This document shows, one piece after another, positions 29,501 through 37,967 of a stretch of 64,000 nt of DNA; position 1 is the stretch's first letter; every line of letters starts with the position of its first letter. Origin of the DNA: Bacteroidia bacterium (GTDB lineage Bacteria; Bacteroidota; Bacteroidia; 2-12-FULL-35-15); contig DASWNK010000104.1 in the NCBI GenBank assembly GCA_036399275.1, positions 565-64,564 of the forward strand. Direction: 5' to 3'. The notes beneath the pieces are model-generated. The model did no database searches. It saw only the letters and a list, made by a program, of their open reading frames with translations, and was not told where the DNA came from. Both the position numbers and the translations under genes were made by a program.

Positions 29501-31559
29501 CCACTTTTTTCAATTTAAAGATAATGACTATGAATATGTAAAATACAATCGTCCTTTGCGGCAATTTGAATTCGCGGATGATTTTAAAAATCTGCAATGT
29601 AAAGATGGATTGTCTCCATACATCAGTTGGATCGACGTAGCGTATAAAATCAATGGAAGCCTCGAATATGTTTCCAGTTGGGCAATTCCCGGCTTCACCA
29701 TCGCCGTCTTTAATCCAGTGAGTAATATTTCTGTTAAATCAATTGCACAGGGTCCTGCAATCGGACTGTCACAATTTGGAAGCGTTACTTATGCGGCTGC
29801 AGGGACGGAAGAAAATGCCTGTGATTTTTTTGATAGAGATTTTTCTTCTCCGTCTTCTCCCTATCTTGATTCTGTTGCACGAGCAAAAATCACAAACTTT
29901 ATTCAAAATGACATTCCCCTGGGATACAATGTTTTGGCCTATACACAGGAAAATCATTCCATTCCATCCTACGAAGAAGATTTATATCAGGCTTTTGAGA
30001 TGTTGGGAAGCACTAAAATCAGAACAGTGCCTGCTCAAAGGTCCTATATTCTATTTGGTAAAAAAACAACAGGTGGCATCATCCCTGCAAAGGAAATAAT
30101 TGCTGATTCGATTAATTCGATCATTCAATTGGATACGGCTTTGATTAGCAATTGGGATGAAGGTTCTATTTCTTCTCCGGTGATCGGCCCTGCATTGAGC
30201 TGGGATTCTTTATCATGGAAACAACACACGCTCGATGGAACAACAACCGATGATAGCATTGTCGTAAGGCTGATCGGAATAAAAACAAATGGAACAGAAG
30301 ATGTGCTTAAAAATTTCACAACTACTGAGTTAAACGTTGGAAACTTAGGCATCTATGCGCCAGCCAGCACTTATCCAAGAGTAAGGATGGTTGCCTATAT
30401 GAAAGACAATACCTTGAATACGCCTCCCCAGCTGGATCGCTGGCAGATCATTTATACGCCGGTTCCAGAAGGGGCAATTAATCCTCCACTGGGTTATTCT
30501 GCCATTGATACTGTTCAGGAAGGCGACAATGTTGTAATTCAACTGCCTTTTCAGAACATCAGCGAATATTCCTTTAACGACAGTTTGCTGGTTACCTATT
30601 GGATAGAAGATGCCAACCGTGTTAATCATCCCTTGTCCTCCAAATTAAAGAAGAACCTGCTTGCACCAAACGAAGTGATCATCGATACTGTTAATGTTAA
30701 TACTGCTTCTTATCCCGGAAGTAATGTTTTGTGGGTGGAGGTAAATCCCTTAGATCCTATGGATACACTTGATCAGCCGAAAACACAGCTGGAACAATAT
30801 CACTTTAATAATATTGCCCGTATTCCTTTTCAGGTAACCACAGATAAAATTAATCCCCTGCTGGATGTAACCTTCGATGGTGTACATATTCTGAACAGCG
30901 ATATCATTTCCTCCAAACCGAATATACTTGTTCAGTTGAAAGATGAAAATCAATTTTTGGCCCTCAACGATACTGGTGATTTCAAATTGTTTTTGCAGTC
31001 GCCCTCTTCCGGGATTGCACAGCGGATTTATTTCGGTACGATGATGTCCTTCATTCCCGCAGTATTACCAAGCAATAGCTGTAAAATAAATTTCACTCCT
31101 ACACTTTACGAGGATGGCAAATATCAGTTAATTGTTCAGGCAAAAGATAAATCCGATAACCAGTCCGGTGCAATCGATTACAAGATCAGTTTTGAAGTGA
31201 TCAACAAAGCTACCATTACTGAAGTGATGAATTATCCAAATCCCTTCTCTACCGCAACCCATTTTGTTTTTACACTTACCGGTTCAGAAGTGCCGACGTA
31301 TTTTAAAATTCAAATACTAACCGTTACCGGAAAGGTAGTAAAGGAAATTACCAATGATGAGCTCGGCTTGATCCACATTGGACGAAATGTGACGGATTAT
31401 GCCTGGAACGGCAGGGATGAATTCGGCGATCAGCTCGCAAACGGAGTTTATCTTTACAGGGTGGTAACAACCTTAAATGGTGATAACATAGAAAAACGCG
31501 GAACTGCAGCCGACCAGTATTTCAAAAAAGGATTTGGAAAAATGTACTTGATGCGCTAG
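26514..31559 (+). CDS. PorU-like C25 (gingipain-family) cysteine peptidase with T9SS type-A-like C-terminal domain (PorU2-like putative sortase)
   Basis: 1681 aa with a signal peptide. It aligns with the canonical PorU in this window at three places. His: IMTFFGHASASG versus IMNYTGHGGEVG. Cys: FMLTNGCYSGD versus FFTATCEFSRFD. C-terminal domain: NYPNPFSTATHFVF...WNGRDEFGDQLANGVYLYRV versus NYPNPFTTKTQFYF...WDGRDDFGDKIGKGVYIYRI. Confidence 0.75.
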   Translation: MIKRLLVVCILLLSTLLEVKSQTYGNEWINYSQNYYKIKIAKNGVYRIDSLTMASAGIPVGPGGIDPNNFQLFNKGAQQKIYIEGESDGVFNSSDFIEFYAEKNDGTLDSLLYINYSFLPNPYYSLINDTAVYYLTWNSSVTNSRMSVEPVSSFAGFSPDNYFFKDEVLELHSGYYEGQTDYVGSTDSRYTKSEGWFDGNVIDLGNSAVYGLNTPNAFLSGPNATIKSVVLGASKDPNILGNDHELKIELNTGLLVDTTFLGYEANRFIYNVPVSMLSSSNTFKFTSVNSGFTSNRTVVSYINVKYPHTFDLEGKNEFLLYVPENSIQPKSFLTISNFNATGNTHLYDLTNGKRIDVVQNGTLDSVLVANSLGEKKCYITSDGFINAIASLQPVTPSAKFTDFSTFAVDSAYVIVTHKSLMTEALDYKIYRNANMYGGNHNVIIADIDELYDQFAYGIAKSPLSVRGFSNYLLNTYPSAPQNLFLIGKGYHMQLSRNNATFYAADLVPSFGNPSSDNLLTAGLTGGVVEPSIPTGRLAASMPAEVSIYLDKIKQYEDRSTNPPAEWMKHILHFGGGTTSLEQTNFKTYLNGYKATLEDTLFGGYVSDFFKTSSAPIQINTSDTLRTFMNEGVSIMTFFGHASASGFDQSIDDINSYNPTPGHYPFMLTNGCYSGDIHSYERSTSENYVINQNRGMIGYLASVGLGVPHALNAFSSQFYKQTSLTNYGKSVGSNIKRTVGFIELSSLADPVMMSVCNEMTLHGDPALIINAHENPDYRITNNDVYFDLTSEVDTFTIYAVRTNLGRASGDTIFTEALRTFPDGNTQSYKIFTPAPRFKDTVAIRIPFDFSRDIGLNKVRITLDFFNRVDELDETNNSTSPDINFIIIGGDVVPVYPYQFAIIPKDTVTLKASTTDLFAPSRTYVFQIDTTDSFLNPLDTGMVTAIGGVISWKPSFNFSDTVVYYLRVSPDSISPTSGYKWRESSFQYIAGKRGWEQAHFFQFKDNDYEYVKYNRPLRQFEFADDFKNLQCKDGLSPYISWIDVAYKINGSLEYVSSWAIPGFTIAVFNPVSNISVKSIAQGPAIGLSQFGSVTYAAAGTEENACDFFDRDFSSPSSPYLDSVARAKITNFIQNDIPLGYNVLAYTQENHSIPSYEEDLYQAFEMLGSTKIRTVPAQRSYILFGKKTTGGIIPAKEIIADSINSIIQLDTALISNWDEGSISSPVIGPALSWDSLSWKQHTLDGTTTDDSIVVRLIGIKTNGTEDVLKNFTTTELNVGNLGIYAPASTYPRVRMVAYMKDNTLNTPPQLDRWQIIYTPVPEGAINPPLGYSAIDTVQEGDNVVIQLPFQNISEYSFNDSLLVTYWIEDANRVNHPLSSKLKKNLLAPNEVIIDTVNVNTASYPGSNVLWVEVNPLDPMDTLDQPKTQLEQYHFNNIARIPFQVTTDKINPLLDVTFDGVHILNSDIISSKPNILVQLKDENQFLALNDTGDFKLFLQSPSSGIAQRIYFGTMMSFIPAVLPSNSCKINFTPTLYEDGKYQLIVQAKDKSDNQSGAIDYKISFEVINKATITEVMNYPNPFSTATHFVFTLTGSEVPTYFKIQILTVTGKVVKEITNDELGLIHIGRNVTDYAWNGRDEFGDQLANGVYLYRVVTTLNGDNIEKRGTAADQYFKKGFGKMYLMR

Positions 31560-31619
31560 TTTTCAGAAAATCAATTGCATAAAGGAAAAAGTGCTCGTCG
31601 TAAGCTGCAAATACTATAA

Positions 31620-32246
31620 ATGTTCAAAATGAAATTTCCGGTACCTCTTCTCATAGCCGTTTTATGCTGTTCCGGAAAAATGTCTGCGCAATCGAACGCA
31701 TTTAGACAGTTTAAAAGTCTCTCCTGCCCGGAAAAAAGCTGGGTTATTTTCCATCCTTTCAAGGCAAAAAAGGCGCAGCGGATCACTAAAGAAGTACAAT
31801 TATTTGTTGATTCCGTTAAACAAATAGGAATAATTGGTGTTGATAATAACGGAGGGAAATTGGATGCATTCAAGCATGCCTTTTGGATGGCACGATTAAC
31901 AAAAGCCATCGGCGCACGAAGGACGAGGAAATTAGGGAGAGCTCATGAAAAGGGAAATTACATTCAATTTAAAAAACATGAATTAGAAGATAGTGCATTG
32001 CCTGATTCAATTAGTTCTGAAATGGATCTGAGGAACAATGAGATCGGTATTTCGAGAGCGAAACAAATCGCCGTTGGATCCCTAAGCGCTTCTTTACTTA
32101 AATTGGCGGAAGAGGGTTGTTTGTTTACCATCAAAAAAGATGAAAATGGAAACTTTCTGAATTGCGACGGATCCATTCTTTCGATAAAGGACTGGTATGG
32201 CAAATGGAATATTCCTAAATGTTTAGTTTCACCTTCCTGCCATTGA
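31620..32246 (+). CDS. Hypothetical secreted protein with conserved-looking His/Glu motifs (possibly DUF6973-like)
   Basis: 208 aa with a signal peptide (…CCSGKMSAQS). Motifs: CPEKSWVIFHPFKA, GGKLDAFKHAFWMARL, RAHEKG, EMDLRNNEIG. The family assignment is from memory only. Confidence 0.45.
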   Translation: MFKMKFPVPLLIAVLCCSGKMSAQSNAFRQFKSLSCPEKSWVIFHPFKAKKAQRITKEVQLFVDSVKQIGIIGVDNNGGKLDAFKHAFWMARLTKAIGARRTRKLGRAHEKGNYIQFKKHELEDSALPDSISSEMDLRNNEIGISRAKQIAVGSLSASLLKLAEEGCLFTIKKDENGNFLNCDGSILSIKDWYGKWNIPKCLVSPSCH

Positions 32247-32252
32247 TTTTGC

Positions 32253-32260
32253 TATATTTG
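32253..32260 (+). promoter_or_regulatory. Candidate -7 promoter box (TATATTTG) upstream of lnt
   Basis: Exact TAnnTTTG match 15 nt upstream of the GTG start at 32276. No convincing -33 element. Confidence 0.3.
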
Positions 32261-32275
32261 TGACAAATTTTTTTA

Positions 32276-33871
32276 GTGAAAAAATACCATCTATATTTAT
32301 TGTCTCTGCTCAGTGGTGTATTATTGAGTTTTTCCTGGTTTCCTAACGGATTGCTTCCTCTGTTATTCATTGCATTCATTCCCTTGCTGATGGTGGAGAA
32401 TGTTATTTCTCAGCATCCTCAGCAGTATAAAGTTTCACTTTTCCTTTGCAGCTATCTTACCTTTTTTACCTGGAATATCCTCACAACCTGGTGGCTGAAG
32501 AATGCTTCAATTGGTGGGGCAGTGATGGCGATCTTCCTTAATGCGTTGATCATGGCTTTTTTCTTTTCTCTCTTTCACAGGGTAAAAAAACGCATCGGCA
32601 AATGGAGCGGAGTTTTATTTATCTGCTTTTGGGTTGGCTTCGAATACATACACATTAACTGGGATCTTAGCTGGTCATGGCTCACAATTGGAAATGCTTT
32701 TGCGAATGTCCCGGATATAGTTCAATGGTATGAATACACGGGCGTGCTCGGAGGAAGTACATGGGTGCTGCTCATTAATGTATTGATATTTACTCTGATT
32801 TTAAATTTTAAACGCTACAGTTCAAAAATAAAAATGCGTTTTGCAGCGCTTCTTTTATGCCTCCTCATCATTCCACTGATCATTTCCTTTTTTGTTGGTA
32901 GATCTGCAACCCGCTTTGATGAAGGCTCTGTAAAAACGGTTATCATTCAACCCAATATCGATCCGTACAACGAGAAATTCTTTGATTCTTTTGAAGAGCA
33001 ATTAGTAAAAATGCTCTCGCTCGCTGCACCTGAAGTGGACTCAACTACTGAATACCTGATTTTTCCTGAGACAGCATTAACGGAAAGTATCTGGGAGGAA
33101 TCTCTCGGAGAAAGCCGGAGCTTGCAAATACTGAGTGATTTTCTAAAAAAATATCCCCGTCTCAAAATTGTCGCGGGCGCTACAACACTAAAGAGTTTTT
33201 CTTCCTCGGAAGAGCTTTCGGAAACAGCACGTAAATCGGGAGACGGCTATTACGACATCTTTAATACTGCCATACAGTTGGATAGTAGTAAGACTATTCA
33301 GATCTATCACAAATCAAAACTCGTTCCTGGCGTGGAAACCATGCCTCTGCAATTTATTTTCAAGCATTTTGAAAGCCTGGCAATTGATCTGGGTGGAACA
33401 GTTGGCAGCCAGGGCATACAGAAAGAACGTGCTGTTTTAGCTTCTAGTGATGAGCGAATGAAGGCGGCTCCCGTGATCTGCTATGAAAGCATCTTCGGAG
33501 AATATGTAACCGAATATGTAAAGAACGGCGCAAATTTTATTGCCATTATTACTAATGACGGCTGGTGGGGAGATACACCGGGTTACAAGCAGCATTTGCA
33601 ATACGGGCGACTCCGTGCTATTGAGAACCGCAGGTGGATAGCGCGTTCTGCTAATACAGGGGTTTCCTGTTTCATTACGCCTTCTGGTAAAATCCTGCAG
33701 GCAACCGACTATTGGGTACCTGCAGTAATTGTTGGAAACATAGGCCTTAATAACGAATTAACCTTTTATAGCAAGTTTGGGGATTACCTGGGGCGCATTG
33801 CCATGTATACAGCTTTTCTGCTCCTCATTTATTCGTTGCTGATTCGCTTCAACATTATTAAAAAAGTGTAA
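32276..33871 (+). CDS. lnt: Apolipoprotein N-acyltransferase
   Basis: 531 aa with a GTG start. The N-terminal region is polytopic. The C-terminal CN-hydrolase domain carries the E/K/C triad contexts YLIFPETAL, YHKSKLVPGVE and PVICYESIF. Confidence 0.85.
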   Translation: MKKYHLYLLSLLSGVLLSFSWFPNGLLPLLFIAFIPLLMVENVISQHPQQYKVSLFLCSYLTFFTWNILTTWWLKNASIGGAVMAIFLNALIMAFFFSLFHRVKKRIGKWSGVLFICFWVGFEYIHINWDLSWSWLTIGNAFANVPDIVQWYEYTGVLGGSTWVLLINVLIFTLILNFKRYSSKIKMRFAALLLCLLIIPLIISFFVGRSATRFDEGSVKTVIIQPNIDPYNEKFFDSFEEQLVKMLSLAAPEVDSTTEYLIFPETALTESIWEESLGESRSLQILSDFLKKYPRLKIVAGATTLKSFSSSEELSETARKSGDGYYDIFNTAIQLDSSKTIQIYHKSKLVPGVETMPLQFIFKHFESLAIDLGGTVGSQGIQKERAVLASSDERMKAAPVICYESIFGEYVTEYVKNGANFIAIITNDGWWGDTPGYKQHLQYGRLRAIENRRWIARSANTGVSCFITPSGKILQATDYWVPAVIVGNIGLNNELTFYSKFGDYLGRIAMYTAFLLLIYSLLIRFNIIKKV

Positions 33872-33922
33872 TTTTAGCGACTGAACACATTTGTTTTGAA
33901 TAGTATATAATTGATAAAAGAT

Positions 33923-35326
33923 ATGGAAAAATTTGATGTTACCATTATAGGCTCTGGTCCGGGAGGATATGTTGCTGCGATTCGTTGTGCTCAGTTAGGT
34001 ATGAAAACAGCAATTATCGAACGCTATTCTACGCTTGGTGGAACCTGCTTAAATGTGGGATGTATTCCTTCCAAAGCATTGCTCGATTCTTCTGAACACT
34101 TTCACAATGCAACCCATACTTTTACCGAACATGGTATCGATGTTAAGGAAGTAAAAGTGAATCTTGCGCAGATGATCAAACGCAAGGGCGATGTAGTAAA
34201 ACAAACCTGCGACGGAATCAATTTCCTCATGAAAAAAAACAAGATCACTGTGTTTACCGGACATGGGTCTTTTGTAAATAAAAACACCATTGAGATTCTT
34301 GGCGCCGACGGAAAGAAAACGCAGATCGAATCAGCAAAAACAATTATTGCCACCGGCTCAAAACCTACTTCATTGAAAGGAATTGAAGTGGATAAAAAAC
34401 GCGTAATCACTTCCACGGAAGCGTTAGAATTGAAAGAAATTCCAAAGCACATGGTAATCATTGGCGGAGGTGTTATTGGCCTGGAATTAGGTTCTGTATA
34501 TGCACGCTTGGGTGCGAAAGTGTCGGTTGTTGAATTTACCGGTGGAATCATCAGCACAATGGATGGCGCGCTTGGCAAAGAATTGCAGAAAAGTCTGAAG
34601 AAGTTGGGGTTCGAATTTTATTTTAACCATAAAGTTACCGGTGTTGTTAGCAAAGGAAAAGAGATTATTGTTTCTGCCGATAATGCGAAAGGCGAAAAAC
34701 TGGAGCTTACGGGCGACTACTGCCTGGTTTCTGTCGGTCGCAGGCCATATACTGATAATCTTGGTTTGGACAAAGCCGGAGTAAAAATGGATGATCGTGG
34801 AAGAATCGAAACAGATGCACATTTGCAAACAAATGTGGCGGGGATCTATGCGATCGGTGATGTGGTGAAAGGTGCAATGCTTGCACACAAAGCGGAAGAA
34901 GAAGGAGTGTTTGTTGCTGAAAGTATGGCCGGGCAGAAGCCGCACATTAACTACAATTTAATTCCCGGTGTGGTTTATACTTGGCCGGAAGTAGCTGCTG
35001 TTGGTTATACCGAAGAGCAATTAAAGGAGCAGGGCAAAAAATACAGAGTAGGGAATTTTCCGTTTAAAGCCAGCGGTCGTGCTCGTGCATCCATGGATAC
35101 GGATGGTTTTGTAAAAGTACTTGCCGATGAAGCAACGGATGAAATTCTGGGTGTTCACATGATCGGGCCACGTGCTGCGGATATGATCGCTGAGGCTGTT
35201 GTTGCAATGGAATACCGTGCAAGTGCCGAAGATGTTTCACGCATGAGCCATGCACATCCTACTTTCACGGAAGCAATGAAAGAGGCTTGTCTTGATGCAA
35301 CCGGTAAGCGCGCTTTGCACATTTAA
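33923..35326 (+). CDS. lpdA: Dihydrolipoyl dehydrogenase (E3 component)
   Basis: FAD motif IIGSGPGGYVAA, redox disulfide GGTCLNVGCIPSK, NAD motif IIGGGVIGLELG, and C-terminal HAHPTFTEA. I chose the ATG at 33923 over the TTG at 33911. Confidence 0.95.
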   Translation: MEKFDVTIIGSGPGGYVAAIRCAQLGMKTAIIERYSTLGGTCLNVGCIPSKALLDSSEHFHNATHTFTEHGIDVKEVKVNLAQMIKRKGDVVKQTCDGINFLMKKNKITVFTGHGSFVNKNTIEILGADGKKTQIESAKTIIATGSKPTSLKGIEVDKKRVITSTEALELKEIPKHMVIIGGGVIGLELGSVYARLGAKVSVVEFTGGIISTMDGALGKELQKSLKKLGFEFYFNHKVTGVVSKGKEIIVSADNAKGEKLELTGDYCLVSVGRRPYTDNLGLDKAGVKMDDRGRIETDAHLQTNVAGIYAIGDVVKGAMLAHKAEEEGVFVAESMAGQKPHINYNLIPGVVYTWPEVAAVGYTEEQLKEQGKKYRVGNFPFKASGRARASMDTDGFVKVLADEATDEILGVHMIGPRAADMIAEAVVAMEYRASAEDVSRMSHAHPTFTEAMKEACLDATGKRALHI

Positions 35327-35333
35327 TAAAAAT

Positions 35334-36353
35334 ATGAAAACAGGCGTACTTCTTATCAATCTTGGAACACCCGATAGTCCGAAAACTTCGGATGTTCGCA
35401 CATACCTTACTCAATTTCTGAACGATCCTCGCGTGATTGATATTAATCCCGTTGGAAGATTTCTACTGGTGAATGGAATCATTGTTCCTTTTCGCTCGCC
35501 TAAGTCAGCAAAATTGTATCAGCAAATCTGGACAAAAGAAGGTTCGCCTTTGTTGACTAACAGTATTAAAATGAAGATGCTTTTGCAGGAGCAGCTCGGT
35601 AATAATTATGTTGTGGAGCTAGGAATGCGCTATCAGAATCCCAGCCTGGAGTCAGCATTAAATAAGTTGAAAGCCGCGCAAGTAGATAAGATTATTATGA
35701 TTCCTTTGTATCCGCAATACGCATCTTCCAGCACAGGATCATCAGTGGAGGAAGCCATCCGGCTGATTCAGAAATGGGAAGTGACTCCTTCGCTGGAAAT
35801 TATTTCAAAGTTTTATGATAATCCTGATTTTATCGATGCTTGTGTGGAGCGGGCAGAAAAACATGATCTGAATAATTTTGATTATGTTATTTTTAGCTAC
35901 CATGGTTTGCCCGAAAGGCATATCATGAAAGGCTCGGCACATTATGGAGGAAATACCTGCCAGCTTGGAAGCTGCTGCGATAAGATTACAAAAAATAATC
36001 AATATTGCTATCGTGCAAATTGCTTTGAAACAACCCGTCAATTGGTAAAGCGCTTGAATATCCCTGAAGGAAAATATGAAACCACTTTTCAATCCAGATT
36101 AAATGATAAATGGATCAAGCCATACAGCGATAAAGTAGTGAAAGATAAAGCAATGGAAGGGAAAAAGAACATCTTGGTTTTCTCACCTGCCTTTGTTGCC
36201 GATTGCCTGGAAACCATTTATGAGATCGGAACCGAATACGATGAGATTTTTAAGGAACATGGCGGCAAGAAAATCACGCTTGTTGAAAGTTTGAATGATT
36301 CCCCGAAATGGATTGAGGCTTTAAAGAAGATGGTTCTGAAAGCAAATGCATAG
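35334..36353 (+). CDS. hemH: Ferrochelatase
   Basis: MKTGVLLINLGTPDSP...VRTYLTQFLNDPRVI, LYPQYASSSTGS, FSYHGLPERH. I chose the ATG at 35334; the longer ORF from 35292 would overlap lpdA. Confidence 0.9.
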   Translation: MKTGVLLINLGTPDSPKTSDVRTYLTQFLNDPRVIDINPVGRFLLVNGIIVPFRSPKSAKLYQQIWTKEGSPLLTNSIKMKMLLQEQLGNNYVVELGMRYQNPSLESALNKLKAAQVDKIIMIPLYPQYASSSTGSSVEEAIRLIQKWEVTPSLEIISKFYDNPDFIDACVERAEKHDLNNFDYVIFSYHGLPERHIMKGSAHYGGNTCQLGSCCDKITKNNQYCYRANCFETTRQLVKRLNIPEGKYETTFQSRLNDKWIKPYSDKVVKDKAMEGKKNILVFSPAFVADCLETIYEIGTEYDEIFKEHGGKKITLVESLNDSPKWIEALKKMVLKANA

Positions 36354-37014
36354 TGTCTCCAGAATAATCCTGCTAATGCTTCTCTTATTAGTATGGAGTT
36401 TTACGCCTCTTAAAATAAACGCTCCGCAGGACTGGCAACTCAAAAAATTTGAAAATGGTATTTCTGTCTATACTCGATCTTTAGAAGCTTCGAAATTCAA
36501 GGAATTAAGGGCCGTCTTTGAGATTAAAACGTCGTTGTCGAGCATTATCGCATTATTAAATGATGTAGAAACATACCCACAATGGGTTTATCGTTGTCAG
36601 GCATCAAAGATCCTTAAAAAGAAATCCGATCAGAATCTTATCCGCTATCAGTCAATATTGGCTCCCTGGCCTGTTGATAATCGCGACATGGTGGTAGAGG
36701 TGCATACTTATCAGGAGGATAAAACAGGCATTGTATATCAGAAAGTTACTTGTCTGCCTGATTATAGTCCTGTTATACCCGGGCATGTGAGAATCCGCGA
36801 ATTTCGCGCTGTTTGGAAACTCAGTCCTTTAAAGAATGGAATGGTAAAAGTGGAATACGAGCTACTGGTCAATCCTGGTGGAAATATTCCTGCCTGGATC
36901 ATCAATATGGCGGTTGTTGACGGGCCATACGATACTTCTCTTAAAATGAAGGACTGGATCATGAAAGAGAAATATCAGAAGGCTTCTTATCCTTTTATCA
37001 AAGAACCCTCATAG
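36346..37014 (+). CDS. START/SRPBCC lipid-binding domain protein with signal/anchor sequence
   Basis: 222 aa. The hydrophobic N-terminus is followed by START-like features: W..K....GISVYTR, FKELRAVFEIKTSLSSIIALLNDVETYPQWVY, PWPVDNRDMVV. It overlaps the hemH stop by 8 nt. Confidence 0.6.
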   Translation: MHSVSRIILLMLLLLVWSFTPLKINAPQDWQLKKFENGISVYTRSLEASKFKELRAVFEIKTSLSSIIALLNDVETYPQWVYRCQASKILKKKSDQNLIRYQSILAPWPVDNRDMVVEVHTYQEDKTGIVYQKVTCLPDYSPVIPGHVRIREFRAVWKLSPLKNGMVKVEYELLVNPGGNIPAWIINMAVVDGPYDTSLKMKDWIMKEKYQKASYPFIKEPS

Positions 37015-37065
37015 TATTTCAGATTTGCTTAATAATCCCTATTTTTACTGCAATATGATCCTATT

Positions 37066-37941
37066 ATGACTGAGCCTTCTTTAAATACTCCATCAGAAAA
37101 ATTTATTGATGTAAGGAAGGCCATTGCATCAAAAAATCCCCGGCTGCTAAAGTTGTTGCCCGGATTTATACTTCGCTACATTACCCGCACGATACATGAG
37201 GATGATTTTAATAATGCCGCATTCCGAAACAAACACCTTTTCTCCCATGATTTTGTGGATGGGGCCATGGAGGAGTTCGGTATGGATACAAATGTAATTG
37301 GTGCAGAGCATATTCCTCCGAGCGGGGGAGTGATTATGACAGCCAATCATCCTCTGGGCGGCCTGGATGGAATCGCATTCATGGATGTAGTGGGAAATTA
37401 CCGTAAGGACATCAAATTCTTTGTCAATGACTTGCTGATGGCACTCAAGAATTTTGCTCCGATCTTTGTTCCGGTTAACAAGCACGGAAAAAATTCCGGC
37501 GATTACACCAAGAAATTTGAGGAAGTATATGCTTCCAGCGATTGCTTGTTGCTATTCCCTGCAGGATTGGTTTCCAGACGGCAAAAAGGCGGCGTGATCG
37601 AAGACCTCGAATGGAAAAAAAGCTTCATCGTTAAGGCTATTCAATATCAGAAAAACGTGATCCCGGTGTTCATAGACGGAAAAAATTCCGGTTTTTTCTA
37701 TAACCTGGCCTACTGGCGAAAAAAACTGGGTATTAAAGCGAACATTGAAATGTTCTTTTTGCCCGGCGAAATGTACAAACAGAAAGGCAAAACGCTTACC
37801 TTTACATTCGGGGAAGCTATTTCGTGGGAAACTTTTACAAAAGACAAACCGGCCGAATATTGGTCGGAAAAAGTAAAACGGCATGTGTATGCTTTAAGAA
37901 CAGGCGATAAATCACAGATGTTGCCGACTATAAAAAACTAG
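37066..37941 (+). CDS. Lysophospholipid/1-acyl-sn-glycerol-3-phosphate acyltransferase-family O-acyltransferase (GlsA/OlsA-like)
   Basis: 291 aa. HxxxxD acyltransferase motif ANHPLGGLDG, and LLFPAGLVSRR. Confidence 0.7.
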   Translation: MTEPSLNTPSEKFIDVRKAIASKNPRLLKLLPGFILRYITRTIHEDDFNNAAFRNKHLFSHDFVDGAMEEFGMDTNVIGAEHIPPSGGVIMTANHPLGGLDGIAFMDVVGNYRKDIKFFVNDLLMALKNFAPIFVPVNKHGKNSGDYTKKFEEVYASSDCLLLFPAGLVSRRQKGGVIEDLEWKKSFIVKAIQYQKNVIPVFIDGKNSGFFYNLAYWRKKLGIKANIEMFFLPGEMYKQKGKTLTFTFGEAISWETFTKDKPAEYWSEKVKRHVYALRTGDKSQMLPTIKN

Positions 37942-37967
37942 AATCGTTTCAAAACGAACAATGATAT

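Noticed and set aside
33911-35333. Longer alternative starts in the ORF track: TTG 33911 for lpdA, TTG 35292 for hemH, ATG 53949 for the second TonB-like gene, TTG 47820 for anmK and ATG 58753 for porP-like
   Set aside because: The extensions add residues that overlap the upstream gene or precede the conserved N-terminus or signal peptide. In-frame ATG codons at 33923, 35334, 54021, 47826 and 58726 give canonical N-termini.
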